DNA of 64,000 bases from Deltaproteobacteria bacterium RIFCSPHIGHO2_02_FULL_40_28 (GTDB lineage: Bacteria > UBA10199 > 2-12-FULL-40-28), in contig MGRJ01000009.1 in assembly GCA_001798135.1 (NCBI GenBank), positions 10,042 through 74,041 of the forward strand, read 5' to 3'. Both the position numbers and the translations under genes were made by a program. The notes beneath the pieces were generated by a model. The model searched no databases, was not told the origin of the DNA, and saw only the letters and a list, made by a program, of their open reading frames with translations. Positions 46,408 to 56,091 of this stretch are shown piece after piece; positions within the stretch are counted from its first letter, which is position 1, and each line of letters starts with the position of its first letter.

Positions 46408-46728
46408 TCATTTTGTTTCAGTAGGAGCGGAGGTGCTTTCTACTTGTTTAGGTACCACTGATTTATCAAAACCATCCACGCGGGATTTATGAATGCCTGC
46501 TAAAGAAAGTGAGGTGATTAAAAAAATCATAGCAGCTAAAGTTGTTGTTTTTGCTAACAGGGTTGTGGCCCCTCTGGCTCCAAAAAGAGATTGAGATCCT
46601 CCAGCCCCAAAAGCAGCTCCCATGTCGGCGCCTTTTCCTGCCTGCAACAAGATGACTGAGATTAGAAAAAAACACACCACTAAATGGACAACTAAAATTA
46701 AATTATAAAAGGGGGCAATATAGCTCAT
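46408..46728 (-). CDS. secG: Preprotein translocase subunit SecG
   Basis: ILLQAGKGADMGAAFG...LFGARG...LAKTT. Confidence 0.95.
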   Translation of the reverse strand: MSYIAPFYNLILVVHLVVCFFLISVILLQAGKGADMGAAFGAGGSQSLFGARGATTLLAKTTTLAAMIFLITSLSLAGIHKSRVDGFDKSVVPKQVESTSAPTETK

Positions 46729-46735
46729 AAATTCC

Positions 46736-47500
46736 TCATTTTATTTCATGATAATTAATCATTTGCAAAAAAGAGTCAACCTCTAGAGAAGCGCCACCAA
46801 TTAAAGCTCCATCAATGTCTTTTTCGCGCATTAATTCGTTGATGTTTGTAGGCTGAACAGAACCTCCATAAATAATTCTTATTTCATGAGCCAGATTTTG
46901 GTTTGCAATTTTAACTAGAAGCCCTCTGATATGTTGATGTGCTTCGCAAGCCTGTCCTGGAGTTGCATTTTGTTTTGTGCCTATAGCCCATATGGGTTCA
47001 TAGGCAATAACAATTTTTCCTAAATCTTTTTTATCTACCAGACTTATGGCTTGTTTCAGTTGGTTTTCGATGACACCAAGTGTTTTGCCATCATTTCTTT
47101 CGTTAATTGTTTCTCCAATGCAAATAATGGGTTTCATATTACAGGCCAGAACAGATTGAACTTTTTGGCTGATTAATTCATCAGTTTCTCCAAAGAGATT
47201 TCGTCTTTCAGAATGCCCCACAATCACGTAACTAACGCCTAATTCTGCAAGAAAAACAGGGCTGATTTCTCCAGTAAACGCACCCGATTCACCATAGTAG
47301 CAATTTTGTGCTCCTAAAATGAGGCCTTCTTTTTCTTGTATGAGAACCGAGAGGGAATAAAGAGCTGTATACGGCGGACAAATAACAACTTCTGCATGGG
47401 ATTTAAAGGTCAGCTTATTTTGGAGAACGGTAATAAATTTTAATGAATCCTCTATGGAGTGATTCATTTTCCAATTTGCTATAATTAATGGTTTTCTCAT
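46736..47500 (-). CDS. tpiA: Triosephosphate isomerase
   Basis: ANWKMN, GHSERR, AYEPIWAIGT, YGGSV and GGASL motifs. Confidence 0.98.
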   Translation of the reverse strand: MRKPLIIANWKMNHSIEDSLKFITVLQNKLTFKSHAEVVICPPYTALYSLSVLIQEKEGLILGAQNCYYGESGAFTGEISPVFLAELGVSYVIVGHSERRNLFGETDELISQKVQSVLACNMKPIICIGETINERNDGKTLGVIENQLKQAISLVDKKDLGKIVIAYEPIWAIGTKQNATPGQACEAHQHIRGLLVKIANQNLAHEIRIIYGGSVQPTNINELMREKDIDGALIGGASLEVDSFLQMINYHEIK

Positions 47501-47501
47501 T

Positions 47502-48680
47502 TTAATTCTCTAACACTTTGAGTCCTGGTAGTTCGGTACCTTCTAAAAATCTCATGGAAGCTCCTCCGCCAGTTGAGAGATGGGAGAAGTTTTTTTCTAA
47601 ACCCGAAGCTTTAATGGCAGCCAGCGAATCTCCGCCGCCTACAACGCTTACACTTTTACCTTCTGCAATAGCATGGGCAACTCCCAGGGTGCCTTTTTGA
47701 AAAGCAGACATTTCATAAACACCCATGGGGCCATTCCAAAAAATAGCCCCGGCTTTTTGAATATATTCTTTAAATAACCCGAGAGTTTTTGGTCCAATAT
47801 CTAAGGCCATTCCATTATGCCAATTTACTCCAACGGGCAAGCATTCGTACAAGGAGTGAGCTTCAAAATTTTGAGCTATCAGGGAATCTACAGGAAGTAC
47901 AATTTTAATTCCCTTTGTTTCAGCTCGAGATAAAATTCTTTTAGCCTGTGCTACTTTGGTTTCTTCAACAAGTGATTTCCCAATAGAATGCCCCATGGCT
48001 TTTAAGAAAGTGTAGGCCATGCCGCCCCCAATTAAAAAAGTGGGAGCATGATTCATCATTTTTTCAATCATGCTAATTTTATCAGAAACTTTTGAACCCC
48101 CTAAAATCACCAAAAATGGTTTGGGTGCCGTGGTTGTTAACATGGATAAAAATTTGATTTCTTCTTGCACTAAAAAACCAACTCCTTTTTCTTTAAAAAA
48201 GGGAACCATGCCATGGGTTGAAGCATGAGCTCTATGCAAAGTGCCAAAGGCATCGTTGATGTACACATCGGCAAAGCTGGCTAGTTTTTCAGCAAAGTGG
48301 GATTGATTAGCTTCTTCCTCAGGATGAAAGCGGAGATTTTCTAAAAGCATAATCCCGCCTTCAGGCAAATCTTGAATCAATTTTTTTACAGAATCTCCAA
48401 TGCAATCTTCAGGGAAAACAACTTCTTCATCTAATAATTCAGAAAGACGCTCTGCCACAGGAAGAAGACTACAGGCTGCAACCACCTGTCCTTTTGGTCT
48501 TCCCAAATGAGAAGCTAGAATGATCTTTGCTTTTTGAGTGAGGGCATAGCGAATGGTAGACAGTGAAGACACAATGCGTCTGTCATCAACAATAACGTCT
48601 TCCTTTAAAGGCACGTTAAAATCAACACGGATGAAAACCCTTTTTTCTTGAAGTGGAATCTGATCAATGGCTCGAAACAT
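47502..48680 (-). CDS. pgk: Phosphoglycerate kinase
   Basis: RVDFNVP, SHLGRP, LENLRF, WNGPMG, GGGDS and STGGGA motifs. Confidence 0.98.
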   Translation of the reverse strand: MFRAIDQIPLQEKRVFIRVDFNVPLKEDVIVDDRRIVSSLSTIRYALTQKAKIILASHLGRPKGQVVAACSLLPVAERLSELLDEEVVFPEDCIGDSVKKLIQDLPEGGIMLLENLRFHPEEEANQSHFAEKLASFADVYINDAFGTLHRAHASTHGMVPFFKEKGVGFLVQEEIKFLSMLTTTAPKPFLVILGGSKVSDKISMIEKMMNHAPTFLIGGGMAYTFLKAMGHSIGKSLVEETKVAQAKRILSRAETKGIKIVLPVDSLIAQNFEAHSLYECLPVGVNWHNGMALDIGPKTLGLFKEYIQKAGAIFWNGPMGVYEMSAFQKGTLGVAHAIAEGKSVSVVGGGDSLAAIKASGLEKNFSHLSTGGGASMRFLEGTELPGLKVLEN

Positions 48681-48687
48681 TTAGGAA

Positions 48688-49698
48688 TTACGAAAGTTTT
48701 TCTCCAATATACTTGGTGACATCAATCATGCGATTTGAAAATCCTGATTCGTTATCGTACCAGGCTAGAATTTTTACCAGTGTGCCATCAATGACTTTGG
48801 TAGAAAGAGCATCAACAATGGCAGAGCGGGGGTCTCCATTGTAATCGCATGAAACTAAGGGCTCTTCGCTGTAACCCAAAATGCCTTTTAAGGTAGTTTC
48901 TGAGGCATCTTTTAAAGCTTTGTTTACTTCGTCTCCTGTTGTTTGTTTTTTTACTGTGCATACAAAATCAACACAGGAAACATTGGGAGTAGGAACGCGA
49001 ATAGCCATGCCATCAATTTTTCCTTTTAATTCTGGAAGCACCAAACCCACAGCCTTGGCTGCTCCTGTCTGGGTTGGAATTTGTGAGATGGCTCCGGCTC
49101 GGGCTCTTCTTAAATCTTTATGGGCAATATCTAAAATAACTTGGTCATTGGTGTAAGAATGAATGGTGGTCATGAGGCCATGTTCGATGCCAAAAGTTTC
49201 ATGTATTACTTTGGCTACAGGGGCCAAACAATTGGTGGTACAAGAAGCATTGGAAATAATGTGATGATTTGTTGGGTTGTATTGTGAAAGGTTGATACCA
49301 TAGGCCACAGTTAAATCGGGATCCTCTGCAGGAGCTGAGATAATTACTTTTTTAGCTCCACCCTGAAGATGGAGAGCTGCTTTTTCTTTTTTGGTAAAGC
49401 GTCCCGTACATTCAAGGACAATATCTACCTTGGCTTGCCTCCATGGAATTTGCGCTGGATTTGATTCGGCTGTCATTTGAATAGAACGATCAGCAACGAT
49501 GAGTGTTTTTTCTTTTGTGGAAACAAGTTGAGGAAAGCGTCCATGAACAGAATCGTAACGAAGCAAATGGGCATTAGTTGCCAAATCGCCTAGTTCATTG
49601 ATCATGACAATATCGAAGGGAAAATTTTGTTTAGCCCAAAAACGCAGGATGGTTCGTCCAATTCGACCAAAACCGTTAATTCCAACCCTAATTCCCAT
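48688..49698 (-). CDS. gap: Type I glyceraldehyde-3-phosphate dehydrogenase
   Basis: GINGFGRIGR, SNASCTTNCLAP and WYDNE motifs. Confidence 0.98.
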   Translation of the reverse strand: MGIRVGINGFGRIGRTILRFWAKQNFPFDIVMINELGDLATNAHLLRYDSVHGRFPQLVSTKEKTLIVADRSIQMTAESNPAQIPWRQAKVDIVLECTGRFTKKEKAALHLQGGAKKVIISAPAEDPDLTVAYGINLSQYNPTNHHIISNASCTTNCLAPVAKVIHETFGIEHGLMTTIHSYTNDQVILDIAHKDLRRARAGAISQIPTQTGAAKAVGLVLPELKGKIDGMAIRVPTPNVSCVDFVCTVKKQTTGDEVNKALKDASETTLKGILGYSEEPLVSCDYNGDPRSAIVDALSTKVIDGTLVKILAWYDNESGFSNRMIDVTKYIGEKLS

Positions 49699-49855
49699 GG
49701 AAACTCCTTAGTAATTTTGCAAGGATCAAGATAAAATTATTAAAGCGTGGTATCAAAATGGTTTAGGAGTGTCAATGAATTTGGTCACCTCATTATTCTT
49801 GACAAGTAAGCATTCTTTTTCATATGGTCGCAAGCCTTGAATTTTAGGGGATTTT

Positions 49856-50269
49856 ATGACGAAAACACAGACAAAAAGCAAATGGTATGTGGTTGATTTA
49901 ACTGATCGCGTTCTTGGACGCGCTGCAAGTCAAATTGCTCTTATTTTGAGGGGAAAAAACAAGGCTTCTTTTGTACCTTACAAGGGTGGAGATGATTTTG
50001 TTGTTGTTTTGAATGCAGCCAAGGTTAAACTTACTGGAAACAAAAAGGAAGATAAGATTTATTTTCGTCACACAGGTTATCCTGGAGGGATTAAAGAAAC
50101 TAATGCTGCTTTGTTACTTCGCACTAAACCCGAAGAGGTGATCAAGCTTGCTATTCAAGGGATGCTTCCTAAAACTGCTCTTGGCAAGAGGTTGATCAAG
50201 AAGGTAAAAATTTATAAGGATGCCAATCATCCTCACGCGGCACAAATGCCTTGCGAACTTAAAGTTTAA
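49856..50269 (+). CDS. rplM: 50S ribosomal protein L13
   Basis: WYVVD...LGR, HTGYPGG, GMLPK and HPHAAQ motifs. Confidence 0.97.
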   Translation: MTKTQTKSKWYVVDLTDRVLGRAASQIALILRGKNKASFVPYKGGDDFVVVLNAAKVKLTGNKKEDKIYFRHTGYPGGIKETNAALLLRTKPEEVIKLAIQGMLPKTALGKRLIKKVKIYKDANHPHAAQMPCELKV

Positions 50270-50290
50270 TTTTTTTAAAAAAAGGATACT

Positions 50291-50686
50291 ATGTCTGCTG
50301 CTAAAAAATTTTTTGGAGTTGGAAAAAGAAAAACTTCTGTTGCCCGTCTTCACCTTACACCTGGGGATGGAAAAATTGTTGTTAATGGTCGGGATTTCGA
50401 AGCTTATTTTCCGCGTGAAACTTATCGATTGTCTGTGGTTCAGCCCATGGATGTTACTGGCAATCTAGGTAAGTTTGATATGAGTGTCACTGTGTTTGGC
50501 GGGGGTTTAACAGGACAGGCGATGGCCATTAGACATGGTTTGGCGAGGGCTCTTTTAACTCTCAACCCCGATTATCGAAAACCACTTCATCGCAACGGGT
50601 TTTTAACCCGCGATGCCCGCCGTGTGGAACGTAAGAAGTATGGTCATCGGAAGGCTCGCCGGAGTACCCAATACAGCAAGCGATAA
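50291..50686 (+). CDS. rpsI: 30S ribosomal protein S9
   Basis: [17 protein letters not shown] and [12 protein letters not shown]...QYSKR motifs. Confidence 0.97.
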   Translation: MSAAKKFFGVGKRKTSVARLHLTPGDGKIVVNGRDFEAYFPRETYRLSVVQPMDVTGNLGKFDMSVTVFGGGLTGQAMAIRHGLARALLTLNPDYRKPLHRNGFLTRDARRVERKKYGHRKARRSTQYSKR

Positions 50687-50749
50687 AACGCTTCATGTTT
50701 TTGTTATTATCTTCTTTTCTCAATCTACAACTTAGTTTATTCTTACAGG

Positions 50750-51784
50750 ATGGCTAAAAAGCAAGTAAGTGTTGGTGTTATTGGTTCAACTGGGTATACC
50801 GGTTTTGAATTAGTGCGTTTGTTAGTGGGCCATCCCAAAGTAACGATAGCAAGCCTGGTTTCAAGAAGCAGTGCAGGAGAAAAATTTTCATCTCTTTTTC
50901 CCTCCTTGTTAGGAAAGATTGATCTTGTTTGTGAGAGTTTGAATGTAAAAAAAATTTCCTCCAGGGTTGATGTCATTTTTTCTTGTCTTCCTCATCACGA
51001 ATCAATGACGGTGGTAAAGGCTTTTCGCAGCAGGGGGGTTCCGGTGCTCGATTTGTCTGCCGATTTTCGATTAAAAAAGGCAGCTACTTATGAAGAGTGG
51101 TATGGCAAGCATACTCAAAAAAATTTGTTAGATGAAGCCGTGTATGGTTTGCCTGAAATTCATCGAAAAGAAATTAAATCAGCCAAGCTTGTTGCAGTTC
51201 CGGGTTGTTATCCAACGAGTATTATTTTAGGGCTAGCTCCTCTTTTAGCCAAAGACATGATCGATAAAAATGATATCATTTGTGATGCAAAATCAGGAGT
51301 GTCAGGGGCAGGGCGAAAGGCTTCGGTTGAAACTCTTTTTGCTGAAGTGAACGAATCGTTTAAGGCTTATAATATTGGGGCTCATAGGCACACCCCTGAG
51401 ATTGAACAAGAATTATCTTATGTAGCCAAAGCGCCTGTTAAGGTTCTTTTTTCTCCTCACTTGGTTCCCATGGATCGGGGGATGCATTCTACTCTTTACG
51501 TAAAGCCAGTAAGAAGGTGGTCTACGGAATGGCTTCATTCTTTTTACAAAGATTTTTATAAAAAAGAAATTTTTGTGAAGGTTTTGGATGTGGGGAAATT
51601 TCCCAGTACCAAGGATGTAAAAGAAACAAATCAATGTCACTTGAGTATTCAATTTATTGAGAAAACAGAACGCATTGTCATTTGTTCGGTTATCGATAAT
51701 CTCACCAAGGGTGCTTCGGGTCAGGCTGTTCAATGCCTTAATATCATGCAGGGATGGCCAGAACAATTAGGTTTAGTACGTTGA
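50750..51784 (+). CDS. argC: N-acetyl-gamma-glutamyl-phosphate reductase
   Basis: GYTG, DLSADFR, PGCYPT, SGVSGAG, HRH and DNLTKGASGQA motifs. Confidence 0.97.
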   Translation: MAKKQVSVGVIGSTGYTGFELVRLLVGHPKVTIASLVSRSSAGEKFSSLFPSLLGKIDLVCESLNVKKISSRVDVIFSCLPHHESMTVVKAFRSRGVPVLDLSADFRLKKAATYEEWYGKHTQKNLLDEAVYGLPEIHRKEIKSAKLVAVPGCYPTSIILGLAPLLAKDMIDKNDIICDAKSGVSGAGRKASVETLFAEVNESFKAYNIGAHRHTPEIEQELSYVAKAPVKVLFSPHLVPMDRGMHSTLYVKPVRRWSTEWLHSFYKDFYKKEIFVKVLDVGKFPSTKDVKETNQCHLSIQFIEKTERIVICSVIDNLTKGASGQAVQCLNIMQGWPEQLGLVR

Positions 51785-51809
51785 CTTTTTTTTTACTCTC
51801 CGTTAATGT
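51781..51809 (+). promoter_or_regulatory. Putative sigma70 promoter of pyrG
   Basis: TTGACT (51781-51786), 17 nt spacer, TAATGT (51804-51809). Confidence 0.6.
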
Positions 51810-51836
51810 TTTAAGAAGAATTTCTGGGAGGAAGTT

Positions 51837-53540
51837 ACGGTATCAACGGCTAAGACCACCAAGTTTATTTTTGTTACAGGTGGTGTTGTCTCCTCACTTG
51901 GAAAGGGATTGGCTTCAGCCTCTATTGGGGCTCTTCTCGAAAACCGCGGTCTTAAAGTTTCCATTCAAAAACTTGATCCCTACATTAACGTTGATCCTGG
52001 AACCATGAGTCCTTTTCAGCATGGTGAGGTGTATGTTACTGATGATGGAACCGAAACCGATTTGGATTTGGGGCATTACGAAAGATTTATATCGGCTCGC
52101 ATGACCAAGCTTAACAATGTAACCACGGGTAAAATTTATCATTCCGTGATTCAAAAAGAGAGGGAAGGAAAATATCTTGGGCGCACAGTTCAAGTGATTC
52201 CACATATTACAGACGAAATTAAAGGCTGTATTATCCGTGCTGCCAATAAAGAAGATGTTTTGATTGTAGAAATTGGTGGAACGGTTGGGGATATTGAAAG
52301 TCTTCCTTTTTTAGAGGCCATTCGTCAGTTCAAAGCAGATATCGGGAAGCAACATGTACTTTATATTCATTTAACTTTGATTCCCTTTATTTCTGCTGCC
52401 GACGAATTAAAAACCAAACCCACTCAGCATAGTGTACAAAAATTGCGAGAAATTGGTATTCAGCCTGATATTCTTTTGTGCCGTACCGATCGTGATTTAA
52501 GTAAGGAAATTAAGGCTAAGATCGCTTTGTTTTGTAACATGGATCACGACTGTGTGATGACGGCTAAAGATGTTAAATCTATCTATGAGGTTCCGCTTTG
52601 TCTTCATGAAGAAGGGCTCGATGATAAAATAATTGAGCTTCTTAATATTTGGACCAGAGAACCTGAATTGGCTGAGTGGAAAAGATTGGTAGATCGTATT
52701 CAGCATTTAAAGAAAAAAGTAACAATTGGTATTGTTGGAAAGTATGTCGATTTAACCGATGCCTATAAAAGTTTAAACGAATCTTTGTATCATGCAGGCT
52801 TTGCCTTGGATGCCCAGGTTCATCTTTCGTTTGTCGATTCTGAATCTTTACAGGGAGATGAGGTCGATTTATCCAAAATTTTTTCAGAGTGTGATGGAAT
52901 TTTAGTACCCGGTGGTTTTGGAGATCGGGGAATTGAGGGTAAAATTAAGGCCATTCGTTATGCGCGTGAAAATAAAATTCCTTTTTTTGGTATTTGTCTT
53001 GGGATGCAGCTTGCTGTGATTGAATTTGCTCGTCATGTGGTAGGGCTTACCAAGGCTAATAGCCGCGAATTTGACGCAAAAACACCTTATCCTGTGATTG
53101 ATTTGATGGAAGAACAAAAAGCAGTGATGAACAAGGGGGCTACCATGAGATTAGGTGCCTATCCTTGCGTTTTAGAGAAGGGAAGTAAGGCTTTTGAACA
53201 TTATGGCGAGAAAGAGATTTCAGAGCGTCATAGGCACCGTTACGAGTTTAATAATGCCTATCGTGAGAAGCTAACTCAAAAGGGGCTCCTTATTTCAGGT
53301 ATTTCTCCAGATGGGAAGTTAGTTGAGATTATCGAGCTTAAAAAACACCCCTGGTTTGTGGCTTGTCAGTTTCATCCTGAGTTCAGATCTAGGCCTATGC
53401 ATCCACACCCTTTGTTCTTACATTTCATCGAAGCTGCCCTCAATGCCGGTCTTCAAAAACAATGGCTGCATCTTAAAACCGGAGGGGAAAGTGAGATAAC
53501 AAGCCTAGCAGTACAAGAAAAAACAAAGAAAATCATCTAG
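51837..53540 (+). CDS. pyrG: CTP synthase, probably with a non-canonical ACG start
   Basis: The conserved [16 protein letters not shown] is encoded in frame upstream of the TTG at 51909. GGGAGG SD at 51826-51831, then ACG at 51837. [21 protein letters not shown] and FHPE motifs. Confidence 0.95.
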   Translation, partial: TVSTAKTTKFIFVTGGVVSSLGKGLASASIGALLENRGLKVSIQKLDPYINVDPGTMSPFQHGEVYVTDDGTETDLDLGHYERFISARMTKLNNVTTGKIYHSVIQKEREGKYLGRTVQVIPHITDEIKGCIIRAANKEDVLIVEIGGTVGDIESLPFLEAIRQFKADIGKQHVLYIHLTLIPFISAADELKTKPTQHSVQKLREIGIQPDILLCRTDRDLSKEIKAKIALFCNMDHDCVMTAKDVKSIYEVPLCLHEEGLDDKIIELLNIWTREPELAEWKRLVDRIQHLKKKVTIGIVGKYVDLTDAYKSLNESLYHAGFALDAQVHLSFVDSESLQGDEVDLSKIFSECDGILVPGGFGDRGIEGKIKAIRYARENKIPFFGICLGMQLAVIEFARHVVGLTKANSREFDAKTPYPVIDLMEEQKAVMNKGATMRLGAYPCVLEKGSKAFEHYGEKEISERHRHRYEFNNAYREKLTQKGLLISGISPDGKLVEIIELKKHPWFVACQFHPEFRSRPMHPHPLFLHFIEAALNAGLQKQWLHLKTGGESEITSLAVQEKTKKII

Positions 53541-53559
53541 TTAATTTATTTTGTAAAAT

Positions 53560-53640
53560 ATGTCAAAAAAATGACATTAATATTTTATTGACATAAAATT
53601 GCCTACTAGTTAATATATCAAAAGTGGTATTATTCTTGCA
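53560..53640 (+). promoter_or_regulatory. rpoN regulatory region: palindrome, sigma70 promoter and sigma54 site
   Basis: ATGTCA-N6-TGACAT (53560-53577); TTGACA-17-TAATAT (53588-53616); TGGTAT-TATTC-TTGCA (53625-53640). Confidence 0.65.
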
Positions 53641-53680
53641 TGGTAGCTCTTTTTCGTGTCATTAAAACTACGTAAAACCT

Positions 53681-55150
53681 ATGGCCATCGAACTTAAACA
53701 AAGCCTTAGACTCAGCCAACAGTTAGTTATTACTCCTCAATTGCAACAAGCCATTAAGCTTTTGCAACTTTCTCGTTTAGAGCTTGTTGATCTCATTCAA
53801 ACAGAGCTGACTGAAAACCCTATTTTAGAAGAAGCTGCCCAGATTGAAGATGAAGAAGTTCCCAAGGAAATGGCAGCTGAAATCGAAGCGGAGGCTGCCC
53901 CCGATAAATCACACGAAGCTCAACCCGAAGTTGGAAATGCTGATGGAGAACTTAAAGAGCCTAAGGATTTTGATTGGGAAAATTATATTGGTACCTACAA
54001 TGCTCCGGGTGCTGAAGGAAGATCTTTTGTGTCTGCTGATGAAATGCCTACCTATGAAAATGTTGTAACCAAATCCCAAACCTTGCAAGATCATTTAGAA
54101 TGGCAATTAAGGCTTTCTGCCATGTCTCAGGAAGAAGAAGAACTAGGACGTCTTATTATTGGCGAGATTGACGACAATGGGTATTTAACTCTTGCCCCAG
54201 AAGACATCGCACAAAAATATGAAAAAACTGTGGATGAAATAAGCGATGTAATCGAGCTTATCCAAAGCTTTGATCCCCTAGGCGTTTGCGCAAGAGATTT
54301 AACCGAATGCCTTTTGATTCAAAATAAACATTTTGGCGGCGAACATAAGGATCTCATCAAACAAATTATCCTCGAACACTTATCACTGCTTGAACGCAGA
54401 GATTATTTAACCCTTTCCAAAAAATTAAAAGTTCCAGTCAAACGTATTATGACAGTAGCAAGAATTATTTCAGAGATGGAACCCAAGCCAGGTCGTCCCT
54501 TTGGAGGTGAACAAACTCAATATGTAACTCCCGATGTCTATGTTTATAAAATGGGTGATGACTATGCCATTGTTTTAAACGAAGAAGGTTTACCCAGGCT
54601 TCAAGTCAGTAATTTTTATCGCAACATGTTAGCCAAAGCCAATGGTCATGATGATAAAGCCAAGGGCTATGTGCAGGATAAACTCAAAAGTGCCCTGTGG
54701 CTTATTAAAAGTATTCATCAAAGGCAAAGAACACTCTATCGTGTGGCCAAGTGTATCGTGGCCTTTCAAAAAGATTTTCTTGAAAAAGGAATTAGCGTTT
54801 TAAAACCCATGATTTTAAGGGATGTGGCTGAAGAAATTGGTGTTCACGAATCTACAGTAAGCCGGGCTACTACCAGTAAATATATCCATACCCCACAGGG
54901 AATTTTTGAACTCAAATTTTTCTTTAATAGTGGCGTGTCTGGATCTACAGGCAATGATGTAGCTTCGGAGTCTGTAAAAGAAAAAATTCGTAATCTTATT
55001 TCTTCTGAAAATGCCAAAAAACCTTATTCTGATAAAGAAATTGTAGATCTCCTCAAAGAATCTCATATTGACATTGCCCGTAGAACAGTAGCAAAATATC
55101 GCGAAATGATGGGTGTGCTTCCTTCATCCAAAAGAAAAAGATTCTACTAA
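53681..55150 (+). CDS. rpoN: RNA polymerase sigma-54 factor
   Basis: TPQLQQAIKLLQL, HESTVSR and the RpoN box ARRTVAKYR. Confidence 0.98.
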   Translation: MAIELKQSLRLSQQLVITPQLQQAIKLLQLSRLELVDLIQTELTENPILEEAAQIEDEEVPKEMAAEIEAEAAPDKSHEAQPEVGNADGELKEPKDFDWENYIGTYNAPGAEGRSFVSADEMPTYENVVTKSQTLQDHLEWQLRLSAMSQEEEELGRLIIGEIDDNGYLTLAPEDIAQKYEKTVDEISDVIELIQSFDPLGVCARDLTECLLIQNKHFGGEHKDLIKQIILEHLSLLERRDYLTLSKKLKVPVKRIMTVARIISEMEPKPGRPFGGEQTQYVTPDVYVYKMGDDYAIVLNEEGLPRLQVSNFYRNMLAKANGHDDKAKGYVQDKLKSALWLIKSIHQRQRTLYRVAKCIVAFQKDFLEKGISVLKPMILRDVAEEIGVHESTVSRATTSKYIHTPQGIFELKFFFNSGVSGSTGNDVASESVKEKIRNLISSENAKKPYSDKEIVDLLKESHIDIARRTVAKYREMMGVLPSSKRKRFY

Positions 55151-55166
55151 AAAATGGGGGGTTGTA

Positions 55167-55523
55167 ATGAATGTAACACTTACCTTTCGGCATTTTGAAT
55201 CCACAGAAACTATCAAAGAACATGTTACAGTTAAACTCGAAAAATTTAAAAAATATCTCATCAGACCTATTGAGGTTCATGTTATTCTTTCAGTAGAAAA
55301 GTTTCGTCAGCAGTGTGAAATTACCATGCATACTAAAGATTTGAAGGCACAAGCTCTTGAGAGTAGTGAAAATATGTATACTTCCATTGATATGGCCATT
55401 CATAAAATCGAAAGACAAATTCGTAAACATAAGGAAATTATTCGTAACCATAAAGATCAGTTACCCCTCCATCAAACTTCTGCCATGGCAGAGGAACTCT
55501 ACGAAGAAAAACTTAAAGAGTAG
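55167..55523 (+). CDS. hpf: Ribosome hibernation promoting factor (HPF/RaiA, short form)
   Basis: MNVTLTFRH...MYTSIDMA..KIERQIRKHK; directly after rpoN. Confidence 0.9.
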   Translation: MNVTLTFRHFESTETIKEHVTVKLEKFKKYLIRPIEVHVILSVEKFRQQCEITMHTKDLKAQALESSENMYTSIDMAIHKIERQIRKHKEIIRNHKDQLPLHQTSAMAEELYEEKLKE

Positions 55524-55590
55524 GTGCGTCAATAATTTGTTGATTTTTGATTTGATCTGGCTTATAGCGACATCCACTGGATGTAGGTAT

Positions 55591-56049
55591 ATGAAATTAA
55601 AAGATATTCTTTCTCAACAAGGCGTTTGTGGAAATCTTAAAGCTTCAGATAAAAAGGGTGTGCTTGAAGAACTAGCCCAAGTTGCTGCCAAGGTAGTCCC
55701 ATCACTTACAGTTGCAGAAATCATGAGGATTTTAACTGAACGTGAGAAACTAGGATCAACTGGTGTTGGTAATGGGGTTGCCATTCCTCATGGAAAGGTG
55801 GCTGGTCTTAAGTCTATGGTGGTTATTTTTGGAAGATCGAAAAAGGGCATTGAGTTTAGCTCGCATGACCATAAACCCGCCAATCTTTTCTTTGTTCTGT
55901 TAGCTCCTGAAGATGTGGTGGGTAATCATTTGCAAGCCTTGGCTCGTCTTTCTAGGCTTTTAAAAGGGGATGTTATTCGTTCTCGTCTCATGGAAGAACC
56001 AGACGATCAACTCTACGATTTACTCATCAAAGAAGACGATCAAATCTAG
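55591..56049 (+). CDS. ptsN: PTS EIIA(Ntr)
   Basis: REKLGSTGVGNGVAIPH and HLQALARLS. ATG at 55591 preferred. Confidence 0.92.
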   Translation: MKLKDILSQQGVCGNLKASDKKGVLEELAQVAAKVVPSLTVAEIMRILTEREKLGSTGVGNGVAIPHGKVAGLKSMVVIFGRSKKGIEFSSHDHKPANLFFVLLAPEDVVGNHLQALARLSRLLKGDVIRSRLMEEPDDQLYDLLIKEDDQI

Positions 56050-56091
56050 CTCGTATTTGACTTGATTGCTAGAGGGAGTTATATCTTCTCA

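Noticed and set aside
46215-46492. Plus-strand ORFs 46215-46424 and 46250-46492
   Set aside because: They overlap tRNA-Leu, the GC-rich repeat and secG on the opposite strand, with no protein motifs.
55113-55590. Long N-terminal extensions of Hpf (55113) and PtsN (55357) in the ORF track
   Set aside because: They overlap upstream genes, and homology begins at ATG 55167 and 55591.
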